Sequence record: DRR723986_2292
Reading direction: 5' to 3' (one strand)
DNA length: 52,782 nucleotides
Position numbers and translations under genes: made by a program. Position 1 is the stretch's first letter. Every line of letters starts with the position of its first letter. Below, one piece after another: positions 38,064 through 47,580 of this stretch. The notes under the pieces were generated by a model, which saw only the letters and a program-made list of their open reading frames with translations, did not search any database and was not told the DNA's origin.

Positions 38064-38645
38064 ATGGCGCGGCCTCGCACACAACCCAACGCTCCCAGTA
38101 CCCGCAGTAAAATTCTCAATGCCGCGCGCATTGAATTCTCCACCCAGGGTATCGCCGCGCCGCTGGACGCTATCGCCAAGCGCTGCGGCATCCGGCGCCC
38201 CTCCCTGCTACACCACTTCCCCTCCAAGCAAGCGCTGATTGCCGCGGTTACCGACGATATTTTGGGAAAAGCGCGAGAGCGACTCATTCAGGCAGTTGGC
38301 GCCAAAGGCGGCGACTATGCACAGACCATGCAGGCCATTATCCGTGTGCTGAGAGACCTGGAGGCCGAAGAACAGGGGGTAGCCGGTGTGCTGCTGCACG
38401 CACTGATGAGCAGTGACACCGACAACCCGGTGTCGGGCAAAATGACCGAGTTTATCGATATTATTTTTGCCACCGTATTAATGGCGGGAAACCCCTCGGG
38501 CAAGCCCAAGGTCGAACTGCGCGCCGCTATCGCCCACCTGGTGATGGGCGAGTTGACCCGCGTGGCGCTGGCCAGCAGCGCCGATGCTATTTGGGGAGAA
38601 GGCGACGGCGTCGACCAGTTGTTTCGCAGCTACTTTTTACCGTAA
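38064..38645 (+). CDS. TetR/AcrR family regulator, divergent from alkB
   Basis: TRSKILNAARIEF...LDAIAKRCGIRRPSLLHHFPSKQAL HTH. Confidence 0.9.
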   Translation: MARPRTQPNAPSTRSKILNAARIEFSTQGIAAPLDAIAKRCGIRRPSLLHHFPSKQALIAAVTDDILGKARERLIQAVGAKGGDYAQTMQAIIRVLRDLEAEEQGVAGVLLHALMSSDTDNPVSGKMTEFIDIIFATVLMAGNPSGKPKVELRAAIAHLVMGELTRVALASSADAIWGEGDGVDQLFRSYFLP

Positions 38646-38661
38646 GCCGCTAGATACCTAT

Positions 38662-40314
38662 TCAGGGCTGTTCAAACTGCCACTCAAAACCGCCGCTTAA
38701 CGCGGACTTTGTGATGGTGATGCGCGATGGCACGCCGCTCATTCGCACATCGGTAAACGCCTTATCCTCAAGATAGAGGGTCAGGAATTGCCGCTGGCGA
38801 GCGCTCAGCGCTGCCTTTTGATTTCTCAGCGCTTCCGGCACCTCGATATTCCCGCGAAAGCTCCTCGGCTCGTCGTCCAAGCCCCTCGCGCGAGGCGTCT
38901 GCCGAATCACGTCCACCACATGCAGCGTCAGATCCATGCTCTCTTCGGGGCCCGTGTAAACGCGCAAGGTGGTTGGCGAGCAATACAAATTGAAGTCGCT
39001 CAGCTCCGCTGCCCAGTCCATGTCGTCGCGCAGATCACGCTCAGGCGCCAGAGTCGCTACCGAGGCCATATTCCGTTGATAGTAGCGATCCTCAGACTCG
39101 CCCAGGTCCCGCTGACTGGTATCCTTGGGGCTATTATCTAACAGGGTGCCGCGCAAGTGCCCGCCCGTTGGGTAAAACTGCCAGTCAGCCACCGACTCTG
39201 CGGCTACCGCTTTCTCCCAGTATCCGACGTTACCCTTCGCATCGCGTCCCTCTACGCGAATAAGCCGCTGCGCCATATTAATGCCGAGCTTATGAATACT
39301 AATAAGGTGGGTAATTTCACCCGGCACCTTGGGCTGCTGCACCCAGGGAAACGATGGCAACTGTATCTTCGGATTGGCTACACCGCGCTGATCCTCGAAG
39401 GCGTATTGAAAAAACACCTCGTTGTCGCCAGCCAGGTCAAAGTCGTAGTGACGGGTGTAGATATCACCATAGCGATTCACCGTGACCAACGTGGAGCCGC
39501 TGCTATTCAAATTGACGCCTTTAAACCGGCCGCGTAGGGGGCCGCATGCCTCGTAACTCTCGTCCTTGGGAAGCCAGGGGTCGATGAACGTATAGCGCTG
39601 CCCGTTATCTCGAAGCATCCAAATATGGGAAACCTTGCCGTCGCCCACGCGGTGCAAATTGCCGGCGGGATCACGCCAGTTCTTATCTTCACTGTTGGAG
39701 ATCACCGTCCAACTCCAGCTCAGATAATCCTCCTGAATGTAATAGCCGGTACCCAGCCAAATAGGCGCGCCCCAGCGCGACGTCCAGTTGAATAACAACG
39801 GATCTTTCAGGATGTTATCCAGCCCGTAGATATCGCCATTTTCACGAATAGCAATCAACTCATCATCGTCGGCCGAAATACCTATCAGGGTACCGGCCAA
39901 ACACGCGGGCATCGGCACCGCCAACCAAGGTCCAGCCTCTTCGACCGCCGCATTTTTCTTATACCAAACACGCCCCTCGTGAAGGTAAAACTGGTACTTG
40001 CGGTTAAATGTTGCCGTATCGCTGCGCAGATGAACTCGCTCGGGGAAACCCTCTGGCACTTCCGGCGACACCGCACCCAGTAGCCCGCTGCCAATATCGG
40101 GCAGCACATCCAGCGAGACGGGGTCAGGTATGCCCATTGTCCCCGCCAGCAATACACAGCTCGGCAAATCGGCGTGGTGATCCACCCGCTCGGTGAACGG
40201 CGCTTCCGGCCCCAACTCAAAGGGCGCAGCAGTTCGCGTAGCATTTGAGGTATTGCCACCTCCGCAGGACGCCAACAGCAACAATACACACAACCCTATC
40301 CCGGCTTTTCGCAT
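38662..40314 (-). CDS. Hypothetical lipoprotein (Trp/Asp/Gly-rich, probably beta-rich)
   Basis: 550-aa ORF; lipobox LLLASC; GGGA RBS; 9 bp downstream of the membrane-protein gene. Confidence 0.75.
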   Translation of the reverse strand: MRKAGIGLCVLLLLASCGGGNTSNATRTAAPFELGPEAPFTERVDHHADLPSCVLLAGTMGIPDPVSLDVLPDIGSGLLGAVSPEVPEGFPERVHLRSDTATFNRKYQFYLHEGRVWYKKNAAVEEAGPWLAVPMPACLAGTLIGISADDDELIAIRENGDIYGLDNILKDPLLFNWTSRWGAPIWLGTGYYIQEDYLSWSWTVISNSEDKNWRDPAGNLHRVGDGKVSHIWMLRDNGQRYTFIDPWLPKDESYEACGPLRGRFKGVNLNSSGSTLVTVNRYGDIYTRHYDFDLAGDNEVFFQYAFEDQRGVANPKIQLPSFPWVQQPKVPGEITHLISIHKLGINMAQRLIRVEGRDAKGNVGYWEKAVAAESVADWQFYPTGGHLRGTLLDNSPKDTSQRDLGESEDRYYQRNMASVATLAPERDLRDDMDWAAELSDFNLYCSPTTLRVYTGPEESMDLTLHVVDVIRQTPRARGLDDEPRSFRGNIEVPEALRNQKAALSARQRQFLTLYLEDKAFTDVRMSGVPSRITITKSALSGGFEWQFEQP

Positions 40315-40323
40315 CCCTGCCCC

Positions 40324-40971
40324 CTATAACCAGCCCAGCACGGGCACAAATAAAATTAACGACGCGGCGACAAACGTCCCCAGACCGGAGACAGCCACCA
40401 CCTGCCGTCGGCGGCTCGGCATATCGTGCACCCAAGCGCCAACAAGATAAAAAGGCAGGTAGCCCAGCAGAAAAATAAGCCAGGGCGACGAGGCATTCCA
40501 GAACGGCCACTCCCACACCAGCGCGCCGATATGGTTCAAGTAAATTTCCACCAGTACCGACAGTGCCGCGTTGGTAGCGGCCCACACCACACGGTTATTA
40601 ACGCCCAAAATTTTGGCCTTTGGGTCGCGAGGCAAAGTCAGCATTGCGGCCAAGCCCAACACCGCAAACATCAGGCTGATTTCAATATTCAGCCCCGCCA
40701 GTATCAGAAATGCCGTGTCACTGGGCGCACCCCAAACCGGCGCGTAACCGCTGAAATGCAGCACCAGGCCGTTCCATATCTCATTTACCCAATCCATTAA
40801 CCAGAATGCTAAACCACCCAGGATCACCGACCAGCGGCGGGCGTGCCACTGTTCGGAATACAGGTAGATGACCACCACCATCAACGGAATGACATACCAC
40901 TGAAACTGACTGCTATCGCGCAGAATTTGTTGCGCCGCAGCCGCCGAAGGTGCCAGAGTCGCGTCAACCAT
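40324..40971 (-). CDS. Hypothetical polytopic membrane protein (about 7 TM)
   Basis: Multiple hydrophobic segments with buried acidic residues (DWVNE, LNIEI, VEIYLN). Confidence 0.75.
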   Translation of the reverse strand: MVDATLAPSAAAAQQILRDSSQFQWYVIPLMVVVIYLYSEQWHARRWSVILGGLAFWLMDWVNEIWNGLVLHFSGYAPVWGAPSDTAFLILAGLNIEISLMFAVLGLAAMLTLPRDPKAKILGVNNRVVWAATNAALSVLVEIYLNHIGALVWEWPFWNASSPWLIFLLGYLPFYLVGAWVHDMPSRRRQVVAVSGLGTFVAASLILFVPVLGWL

Positions 40972-41185
40972 AATTGTTATCTGCCTATCTAAATAGCAGC
41001 AAGATTACGGTTGTTTAGCAGCCGCTGCTTGCCGACCGCGGCCATTTATTTTTGCAATTCGGCCAACCCCATAGCGGGCGGCAAGATGAGCTAGCTGAGG
41101 GATGCCGGTATACTCTTGCCCTACATTGTGGTGTTAGGTGGCGCACTTGCTACCCACTAAAACATGCCAGGCCCGAACAATAACC

Positions 41186-42226
41186 GTGAACAATAATAAA
41201 TTACTTGCCGCCTATGAGGCCTGCCATCACACCGTATCGGCATCGTATGCCCAGTGTCTTATCGACGTGGCCACCCGCCAGGGCGCCGACCGCTCCTCCC
41301 TGCTAGAGGCTGCCGCACTGACTAGTGAAGCACTCGCCACGCCCAGCCAACGATTGCCTCTGGGCAAAATGATCGCGCTATTCGAGAGCGCAATTGAGCA
41401 GTGTGCCGATCCACTGATAGGGCTGCATATGGGCCAACAGGTGCAAGCACGCACTTTCAGCGCACTGGGCTATGCCGCGATGAGCTGCGCAACACTCGGG
41501 GAAGCCATCGCGTTGATCCCGCGCTACGAGAGCCTGGTTTACGACGGCGGTAAAACGACCGTTAGCGCCAATCATCAGCAACTCACCGTCAGTTGGGACG
41601 CTGGCTTGCCAGCCTCACTGGAATACCAAGCGCTCAACGAGGTCATTGTCGCCGGTTGGTTAAGTTTTGGCCGCTGGATAACCGGAGAGCAGGGCTGGCT
41701 GAACGAAGTGCGCTTTCGACACAGCGCGCCTCTCGATTGCAGTGACTACGATCGCTTCTTCGGCTGCCCGGTGCATTTCGACGCGGACGACAACGCCCTG
41801 TGTGGCCCCGACTATTTCACAGACCTCCCCTTACTTCAGCACGATGGTGAGCTGAATACGCTGATGGCCAGACAAGCCGACTCGCTGCTCACAAAAATAC
41901 AGGCTAAACAAACACTTGCCGACCGTATTAGCCATCTTCTTGACGACATGCTCCCCAAGGGCAAGCCGCAACCGTCGCACGTTGCCAGTGCGCTACATAT
42001 CAGCGAGCGCACGCTGCGAAGGCGCCTTCAGCATGAGGGCGTTAGTTTCACACAGCTGCTGAATACCGCGCGGTTTGCCCGCGCTAAGCACTACTTGACC
42101 GAAACCCCACTAAGCCTGCTGGAGATCGCGTTGCTGCTGGGTTTCAGTGAACAGAGCTCCTTTACCAGCGCCTTTCAAAACTGGCAGGGCTGTTCCCCCA
42201 GCCAATACCGCAAAGATCGCAGCTGA
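41186..42226 (+). CDS. AraC family transcriptional regulator (OruR-like)
   Basis: GLHMG...FSALGYAAMSCATLGEA; C-terminal VASALHISERTLRRRL...IALLLGFSEQSSFTSAF. Start uncertain (41138 or 41186). Confidence 0.9.
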   Translation: MNNNKLLAAYEACHHTVSASYAQCLIDVATRQGADRSSLLEAAALTSEALATPSQRLPLGKMIALFESAIEQCADPLIGLHMGQQVQARTFSALGYAAMSCATLGEAIALIPRYESLVYDGGKTTVSANHQQLTVSWDAGLPASLEYQALNEVIVAGWLSFGRWITGEQGWLNEVRFRHSAPLDCSDYDRFFGCPVHFDADDNALCGPDYFTDLPLLQHDGELNTLMARQADSLLTKIQAKQTLADRISHLLDDMLPKGKPQPSHVASALHISERTLRRRLQHEGVSFTQLLNTARFARAKHYLTETPLSLLEIALLLGFSEQSSFTSAFQNWQGCSPSQYRKDRS

Positions 42227-42333
42227 CCGCGGCTATAGTCTTGCGCGGCAATCAGGTAAACTCTCTGACAAGATGAGTTTGCCGCAAACTCAAAGGAAGA
42301 CCGACACCTACTGAGAATCCCCGAGGTCGTATC

Positions 42334-42582
42334 ATGGACAATGCACAAGAGAAAACGGAACCCGCAGAGAATAACCAAAAACCTTTGAGCTTCTTCGAGG
42401 TTTTCAAGCAGGCCATTTCACTAATGTTCGCCCTGCAAAATCGCTCCGGGCAAAAGCGCTTAATGGACTTGGCAGAAACCAATCCCATGCCGCTGATCTT
42501 CGCCGGCGTGACGGCGATGGCGATCTTCTTCTTGTTCTGCTTTATCAGCTCGCAAATTGTGATCAGCCTGCTGACCTCGTAA
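42334..42582 (+). CDS. Small membrane protein, DUF2970-like
   Basis: SFFEVFKQAISLMFALQ...NPMPLIFAGV followed by a TM helix; GAGG RBS. Confidence 0.6.
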   Translation: MDNAQEKTEPAENNQKPLSFFEVFKQAISLMFALQNRSGQKRLMDLAETNPMPLIFAGVTAMAIFFLFCFISSQIVISLLTS

Positions 42583-42626
42583 CCGTCACACAGGGCTGCG
42601 CTGCCAGTGCAGACCAGCCCTCTCGG

Positions 42627-45005
42627 CTATGCGTTGCCATCTGTCGCGCTCGTGACTTGCTGATGGGGCTTGGCGCCAAACAGCCACGCTAATGCGGGAA
42701 GAACCAGCAAGGCACCCACCATATTCCAGAAGAACATAAAGGTTAGCATTAGCCCCATATCGGCCTGGAATTTAATGGGCGAGTAGATCCACGTCCCTAC
42801 CCCGACGGCCAGGGTTAAGCCCGTAAAGGCCACCGCGGTACCACTGGTTTTCAGTGCCGAAAAATACGCGCTGCGAAGGTCCTGACCCTCGCGCAAGAAA
42901 TGCGCTAAAGCGGTATAAATATAGATGCCGTAGTCGACCCCAATTCCCACCCCAAGCGCGATCACAGGCAGTGTTGCCACCTTGACGCCAATGCCCAGCA
43001 TCGCCATCAATGCCTGACCGAGTAAAGAGGTCAGCATCAGCGGCAGGATGATGCAGGCAGTGATTTTTAGCGAGCGGAAATTGAGCAGGCACAGCACAAT
43101 CACCACGCCATATACCCAGATCAGCATACGGTTCTGCGCGGTGCGAATCACAATGTTCGTTGCCGCTTCAACACCGGCATTGCCAGCCGCTAAGCGGAAG
43201 CTTATGTGTTCGCTATTGTACTGCTCGGTAAAGCCCTCTGCGGCAGCAATCACTTGATCAAGAGTGTCCGCCTTGTGATCCTCAAGGAATAGAATCACCG
43301 GCACCATCGAACAATCGGTATTTAACAAGTTGCTGGGCACGCGGCTCAGGGAGTTATTCAAAATATATTGATTGCGACTCAACGCATGCCACTGAGGGTT
43401 ACCCTCGTTCATGCCCATGATCACCAGCTTGGAAATATCAACCAGCGACAACGCCGATTGCACCCCCGGCACATTTTCCATAACCGCTTGAAAATGGTCT
43501 ATTGCCGCCAGCGACTGGTAGTTGCCACATTGCTGAGGCGGGGTATGCGCCATCACAACAAAGACATCGGTACTGGTCGAGTAATTATCGGTAAGAAAAG
43601 CGGTATCGAGATTGTAACGAGAGTGCGGGCGCAGCTCGGGCGCGCCGGGGTCGAGATCGCCAATCTTTTGCTGCTGGGCCAACCACCAGCCGCCTGCGAA
43701 AAGCACCGTGCAGGCCGCAACAATCAATTTGGCATTGCGCGGTAGACTCGCCGCCGACAGCTGGTGCCAATGACGATATTCGCTGTTGAGTTTGTCGTCG
43801 CGGTAGCGGTGACAGCGTTGACTGATTCCGGTGTAGGACAACACCAACGGGAGTAAGATCAGGTTGGTTAACACCAGCACCGCGATGCCGGTACTGGCGA
43901 TCAGAGCCAGCTCTTGAATAACCGGAATATCAATTACGCGAAGAGTAAGAAAGCCCACACCATCGCTAAGCAGGGCAATAAAGCCCGGCTTGCTCAACCG
44001 AACGAAGGTTAGCTTGGCGGCTTCCCGCGTGTCGACGGCGCTGTGGCTTAGGTGTGCAAAGCGGTTGATGATCTGCACCGAGTGGCTGATGCCCACCGCA
44101 AAGACCAAAAACGGCACCAGCATCGAATAGGGGTCTAAGCCGAGGCCCATAATGGGCAACAACCCCAGCTGCCAGACCACCGCAACCGTTGAACACAGCA
44201 ACGCGGCAAACGTGCTCCAATGGCAGCGACTATACAAAAACAGCATCACCGCAGTGATCACAAAGGCAACCGCGAAGAAGGTCCCTACCAGTGACGCCCC
44301 GTCGATCAGGTCCCCTACCAGTTTGGCAAAACCGGTAATGTGGATACGCAGGTCTTCTGTCTGATATTTGTCGCGCACCAGCGCTTCAAGGTCAGCCGAT
44401 AGTTGCTGGTAGTCAAGGCGCTCGCCCGTCTTCGGGTCGCGCTCAACCAGCGGCGCCACAATAATGGTGGAGCGGAAATTGTTGGCCACCAAGCGACCGA
44501 TCTGGCCCGACTTAAGTGTGTTAGCGCGAAGCTTTTCCAAAGCCTGAGGCGAACCGTCGTAATCGTCTGGAATAACTGCGCCGCCGACAAAGCCCTCTTC
44601 GGTCACCTCCAGCCAGCGGACGTTAGGCGTCCACAAAGACTGAAGGCCGGCGCGATCGACGCCGTTTATATAAAAAACCTCGTCGGTGATCTCTTGAAGG
44701 GTTTGTTGAAATTCCTGGCTAAATATATCGCCGTTTTTATTTTCAACGATGATGCGCACCGCATTACCCAGCCCGGACAGGTCTTCGCGGTTTTCCAGAA
44801 AATTAACAATATAGGGATGAGATACCGGGATCATTTTTTCGAAGCTGGCATCCGGTCGCAACCCCCGCAGCTGCCAGCCAAAAAATGCCGTCAGGATCAC
44901 AAATAGCAGTATTAGCGGCGCTCTGGCACGCAGTAACAGCGCGCCCAAAAACGGGCGTAAACGGCCATCCTCTTCCGTTAAGGTCAAGCTTTCTTCGCTA
45001 CTCAC
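42627..45005 (-). CDS. RND/MMPL family inner-membrane transporter
   Basis: Two repeats of a periplasmic domain plus TM bundle; GFAKLVGDLIDG, GISHSVQ and GVGIGVDYGIY motifs. GTG start after GGAGAGG. Confidence 0.9.
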   Translation of the reverse strand: MSSEESLTLTEEDGRLRPFLGALLLRARAPLILLFVILTAFFGWQLRGLRPDASFEKMIPVSHPYIVNFLENREDLSGLGNAVRIIVENKNGDIFSQEFQQTLQEITDEVFYINGVDRAGLQSLWTPNVRWLEVTEEGFVGGAVIPDDYDGSPQALEKLRANTLKSGQIGRLVANNFRSTIIVAPLVERDPKTGERLDYQQLSADLEALVRDKYQTEDLRIHITGFAKLVGDLIDGASLVGTFFAVAFVITAVMLFLYSRCHWSTFAALLCSTVAVVWQLGLLPIMGLGLDPYSMLVPFLVFAVGISHSVQIINRFAHLSHSAVDTREAAKLTFVRLSKPGFIALLSDGVGFLTLRVIDIPVIQELALIASTGIAVLVLTNLILLPLVLSYTGISQRCHRYRDDKLNSEYRHWHQLSAASLPRNAKLIVAACTVLFAGGWWLAQQQKIGDLDPGAPELRPHSRYNLDTAFLTDNYSTSTDVFVVMAHTPPQQCGNYQSLAAIDHFQAVMENVPGVQSALSLVDISKLVIMGMNEGNPQWHALSRNQYILNNSLSRVPSNLLNTDCSMVPVILFLEDHKADTLDQVIAAAEGFTEQYNSEHISFRLAAGNAGVEAATNIVIRTAQNRMLIWVYGVVIVLCLLNFRSLKITACIILPLMLTSLLGQALMAMLGIGVKVATLPVIALGVGIGVDYGIYIYTALAHFLREGQDLRSAYFSALKTSGTAVAFTGLTLAVGVGTWIYSPIKFQADMGLMLTFMFFWNMVGALLVLPALAWLFGAKPHQQVTSATDGNA

Positions 45006-46170
45006 TGGCCTCTCCTTGGGGAAGCGCCGCGGCGCCATTCATACCCACTGCAACGACTCGGCCACTGCCGTCGCCGCTTACCGACGAGAAGCTGCTGCGA
45101 CTGGGGTGTAGCTTTGACGCGAAGGGGGCGCCCTCTGGGCCAAGCAGATAGCCGCCTCCAGCGCCGACCAAAATCACCGTTCCATCGGCCAAGAGCGTGC
45201 CGCCATACAGGCTGAAAGGCGCGGCAGGCAGAGACTGCCAACGCGTGCCGCCATCCACACTTTTAAAAATATGGCCGCGCAAGCCGTAGGCCATTACCTC
45301 CTCGCCCCGCGTAACAACGCCGAATAGACTGCCATCATAAAACGGCCCCAGGCGCTGCCATTGGCGACCACCATCCAGCGAGCGATACATCAGTCCCGCC
45401 TCGCCACTAAGGTAAAGGCGGCCACTGCGATCGGCATCGACATCGTAATAGTGATAGCGGTCAGGGTTCTCAATTCCCGCCGCAGCGATCACCCAGTTTT
45501 CGCCGCCGTCTTCGGTGCGATAAATCATGCCGTATGCGCCAACGGCGACGCCGTTTTTGGCATCACCAAACCAAATATCAAGAAAGGGATCCACCGGGCC
45601 GGTCTGCAACGCGAGGGCGGCATCCTCCAGCGCGTACTCAGCGTCGTCCAGACGATATTCAAGGTCGTCGCGCTCAGCCTGCTGCGAGTCGTCCAGCTCC
45701 TCGATTGTCTCGGCCAGCGAGTCGCGACGTTGCTGAATAAAGTTCAACCACTGCCGGTTGGCCTGGTTACCGTCGAACTGCTTGTGCCACGTTTGGCCGC
45801 CGTCACCGCTGTGCAGGATGATGCCACCATGGCCCGCCGCCCAACCGTTTTGGGCATCGATAAACGTGACCGAAGTCAGCGTATTGCTGTGAGGCACAAC
45901 GGCTTGCTGCCATGTATCGCCGCCGGTGTCTGAGTACAAAACAACGCCGCGCTCACCCACCGCGACCAGTCGGCCACCCGCACGGGTGATATCAAGCAGA
46001 ACACGCTTCCCCGCCTCGGCCACGGTCAACGCGGGAAGTGCCTCAAAGTCGTTGGCGTAAGCGCTGCTGCCAGTGACTACACAAGACGAAATCAAGGCTA
46101 TGGCAGCGCAAACCTGGCGGACGATGCGCGGCCAATGCCGCGCAGTAACTTGTTTATTATTGTTTGTCAT
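44998..46170 (-). CDS. YCF48-related BNR/Asp-box beta-propeller protein
   Basis: Repeated SxDGGxTW Asp-boxes (SDTGGDTW, SGDGGQTW, TEDGGENW, SLDGGRQW, SVDGGTRW); VAVGERG; signal peptide. Confidence 0.88.
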   Translation of the reverse strand: MTNNNKQVTARHWPRIVRQVCAAIALISSCVVTGSSAYANDFEALPALTVAEAGKRVLLDITRAGGRLVAVGERGVVLYSDTGGDTWQQAVVPHSNTLTSVTFIDAQNGWAAGHGGIILHSGDGGQTWHKQFDGNQANRQWLNFIQQRRDSLAETIEELDDSQQAERDDLEYRLDDAEYALEDAALALQTGPVDPFLDIWFGDAKNGVAVGAYGMIYRTEDGGENWVIAAAGIENPDRYHYYDVDADRSGRLYLSGEAGLMYRSLDGGRQWQRLGPFYDGSLFGVVTRGEEVMAYGLRGHIFKSVDGGTRWQSLPAAPFSLYGGTLLADGTVILVGAGGGYLLGPEGAPFASKLHPSRSSFSSVSGDGSGRVVAVGMNGAAALPQGEASE

Positions 46171-46179
46171 AAGCCGGAC

Positions 46180-47568
46180 TTAACGTCGCCCAGCCCGGCG
46201 CAAAGCCGCCGGTGTGAAGTCTCTAAATTTACCCTGGTAATTAAAGTCGTACTGGTAGCCCTCTTCCTCATTATCGAGGCCAGTAACCAAATAGCGACCG
46301 GAGTTCAGGTCATACAGCGACTCGCACGCCAACCAGGGCACGGCCACTTGATAATGCATCACTTCATGGCCTTCTTTTACCTTCCACAACTCGCCGCGAC
46401 CGTCGTAATGATCTGCGATGGCGATCTGCCAGGTGTCCTCGTCAACAAAGAAGGTACGACGAGCATAAATATGTCGGGAGCCCTCTTTCAATGTGGCCTC
46501 AACCACCCACACTCGGTGCAACTCATAGCGCAAATGCTCGGGATTCATATGCCCTTTATTGAGAATATCTTTGTATGCCAGCTTGCCGTCTCTCAGGCGA
46601 TAGCTGTTATAGGGGATATATAACTCGCGCTTGCCTTTTAATTCCCAGTTGTAGCGATCCAGGGCGCCATTGAACATATCGAGGTCGTCGGAGGTGCGCA
46701 AACCGTCCGAGGCTGTGCCCGGGCCGTCATAGGCAATGGTCGGAGCCAAGCGCACGCGACGCTGCCCGGCATTGTAGAGCCAGGCGGAACGCGGCTCCTT
46801 AATTTGGTCAATATTTTCATGCACCAGCAATACATCGCCCTCTAAGCGCGCTGGCGCCAAAATACGCTGCAAGAACACAAACAGGCGATTGGGATTGGGA
46901 TTATCCGCGAAGCGGTTGGCAAACAATACCGACTCCTCGAATAACACTGGCGTAAAGCCGCCACTGGCCTGCACCGGGATCTGGGTATAGCGCCGCGACA
47001 CACCCAATGGAGTGCGGTAGCGAGTGATATGATTCCAGATAACCTCCTGTCCACTTTGCGGAATAGGGAACGGTACACTGGCCGAGAAATTCACCAAGCC
47101 ATTCCCGCCCTCGACCATATCGGTTTGGGTAGCCCCGGTTTTAATCCGCTGGTACTCGGTATCTGGCAAGCGAGCGCTACGGTGGCTGGGATAGACATTC
47201 ATCTTAAAGCTATCGGGGTATCGATTGAGCAATGCCAGTTGCCCCGGCGACAGCTTGTCCTTGTGTTGATTGGCATTTGCTGCGGTGATCGCAAACAGTG
47301 GCGCTTCCCCGGCATAGGGGTCAACCAACCGTTCACCGGGCTTGTACGCGGCCGGCAATTTTTTTAGGCCGCCCGTCCAAGCCGGAATACTGCCATCGGC
47401 ATTTGCCGCTCGCTCTGCGCCCATCGGCGTCAGCTGGGCACCGCCTAACTGCGCGGCTTTCTCAGGAGAAACCTTGGCAGAGGCGACGCTCGCCCCCAAG
47501 GCCGCAACGACGGTGGTGTAGAACAAGCCGGTCGTGATCGAGCGAATGCTGTGCTTGAAGCTCTGCAT
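46180..47568 (-). CDS. DUF1329 domain periplasmic protein (LolA-like fold family)
   Basis: LTPMGAERAANADGSIPAWTGG, PFPIP, WLYNAGQRRVR.AP and RYELHRVWVVEATLK motifs. Confidence 0.9.
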   Translation of the reverse strand: MQSFKHSIRSITTGLFYTTVVAALGASVASAKVSPEKAAQLGGAQLTPMGAERAANADGSIPAWTGGLKKLPAAYKPGERLVDPYAGEAPLFAITAANANQHKDKLSPGQLALLNRYPDSFKMNVYPSHRSARLPDTEYQRIKTGATQTDMVEGGNGLVNFSASVPFPIPQSGQEVIWNHITRYRTPLGVSRRYTQIPVQASGGFTPVLFEESVLFANRFADNPNPNRLFVFLQRILAPARLEGDVLLVHENIDQIKEPRSAWLYNAGQRRVRLAPTIAYDGPGTASDGLRTSDDLDMFNGALDRYNWELKGKRELYIPYNSYRLRDGKLAYKDILNKGHMNPEHLRYELHRVWVVEATLKEGSRHIYARRTFFVDEDTWQIAIADHYDGRGELWKVKEGHEVMHYQVAVPWLACESLYDLNSGRYLVTGLDNEEEGYQYDFNYQGKFRDFTPAALRRAGRR

Positions 47569-47580
47569 AGTAGCCCCCTC

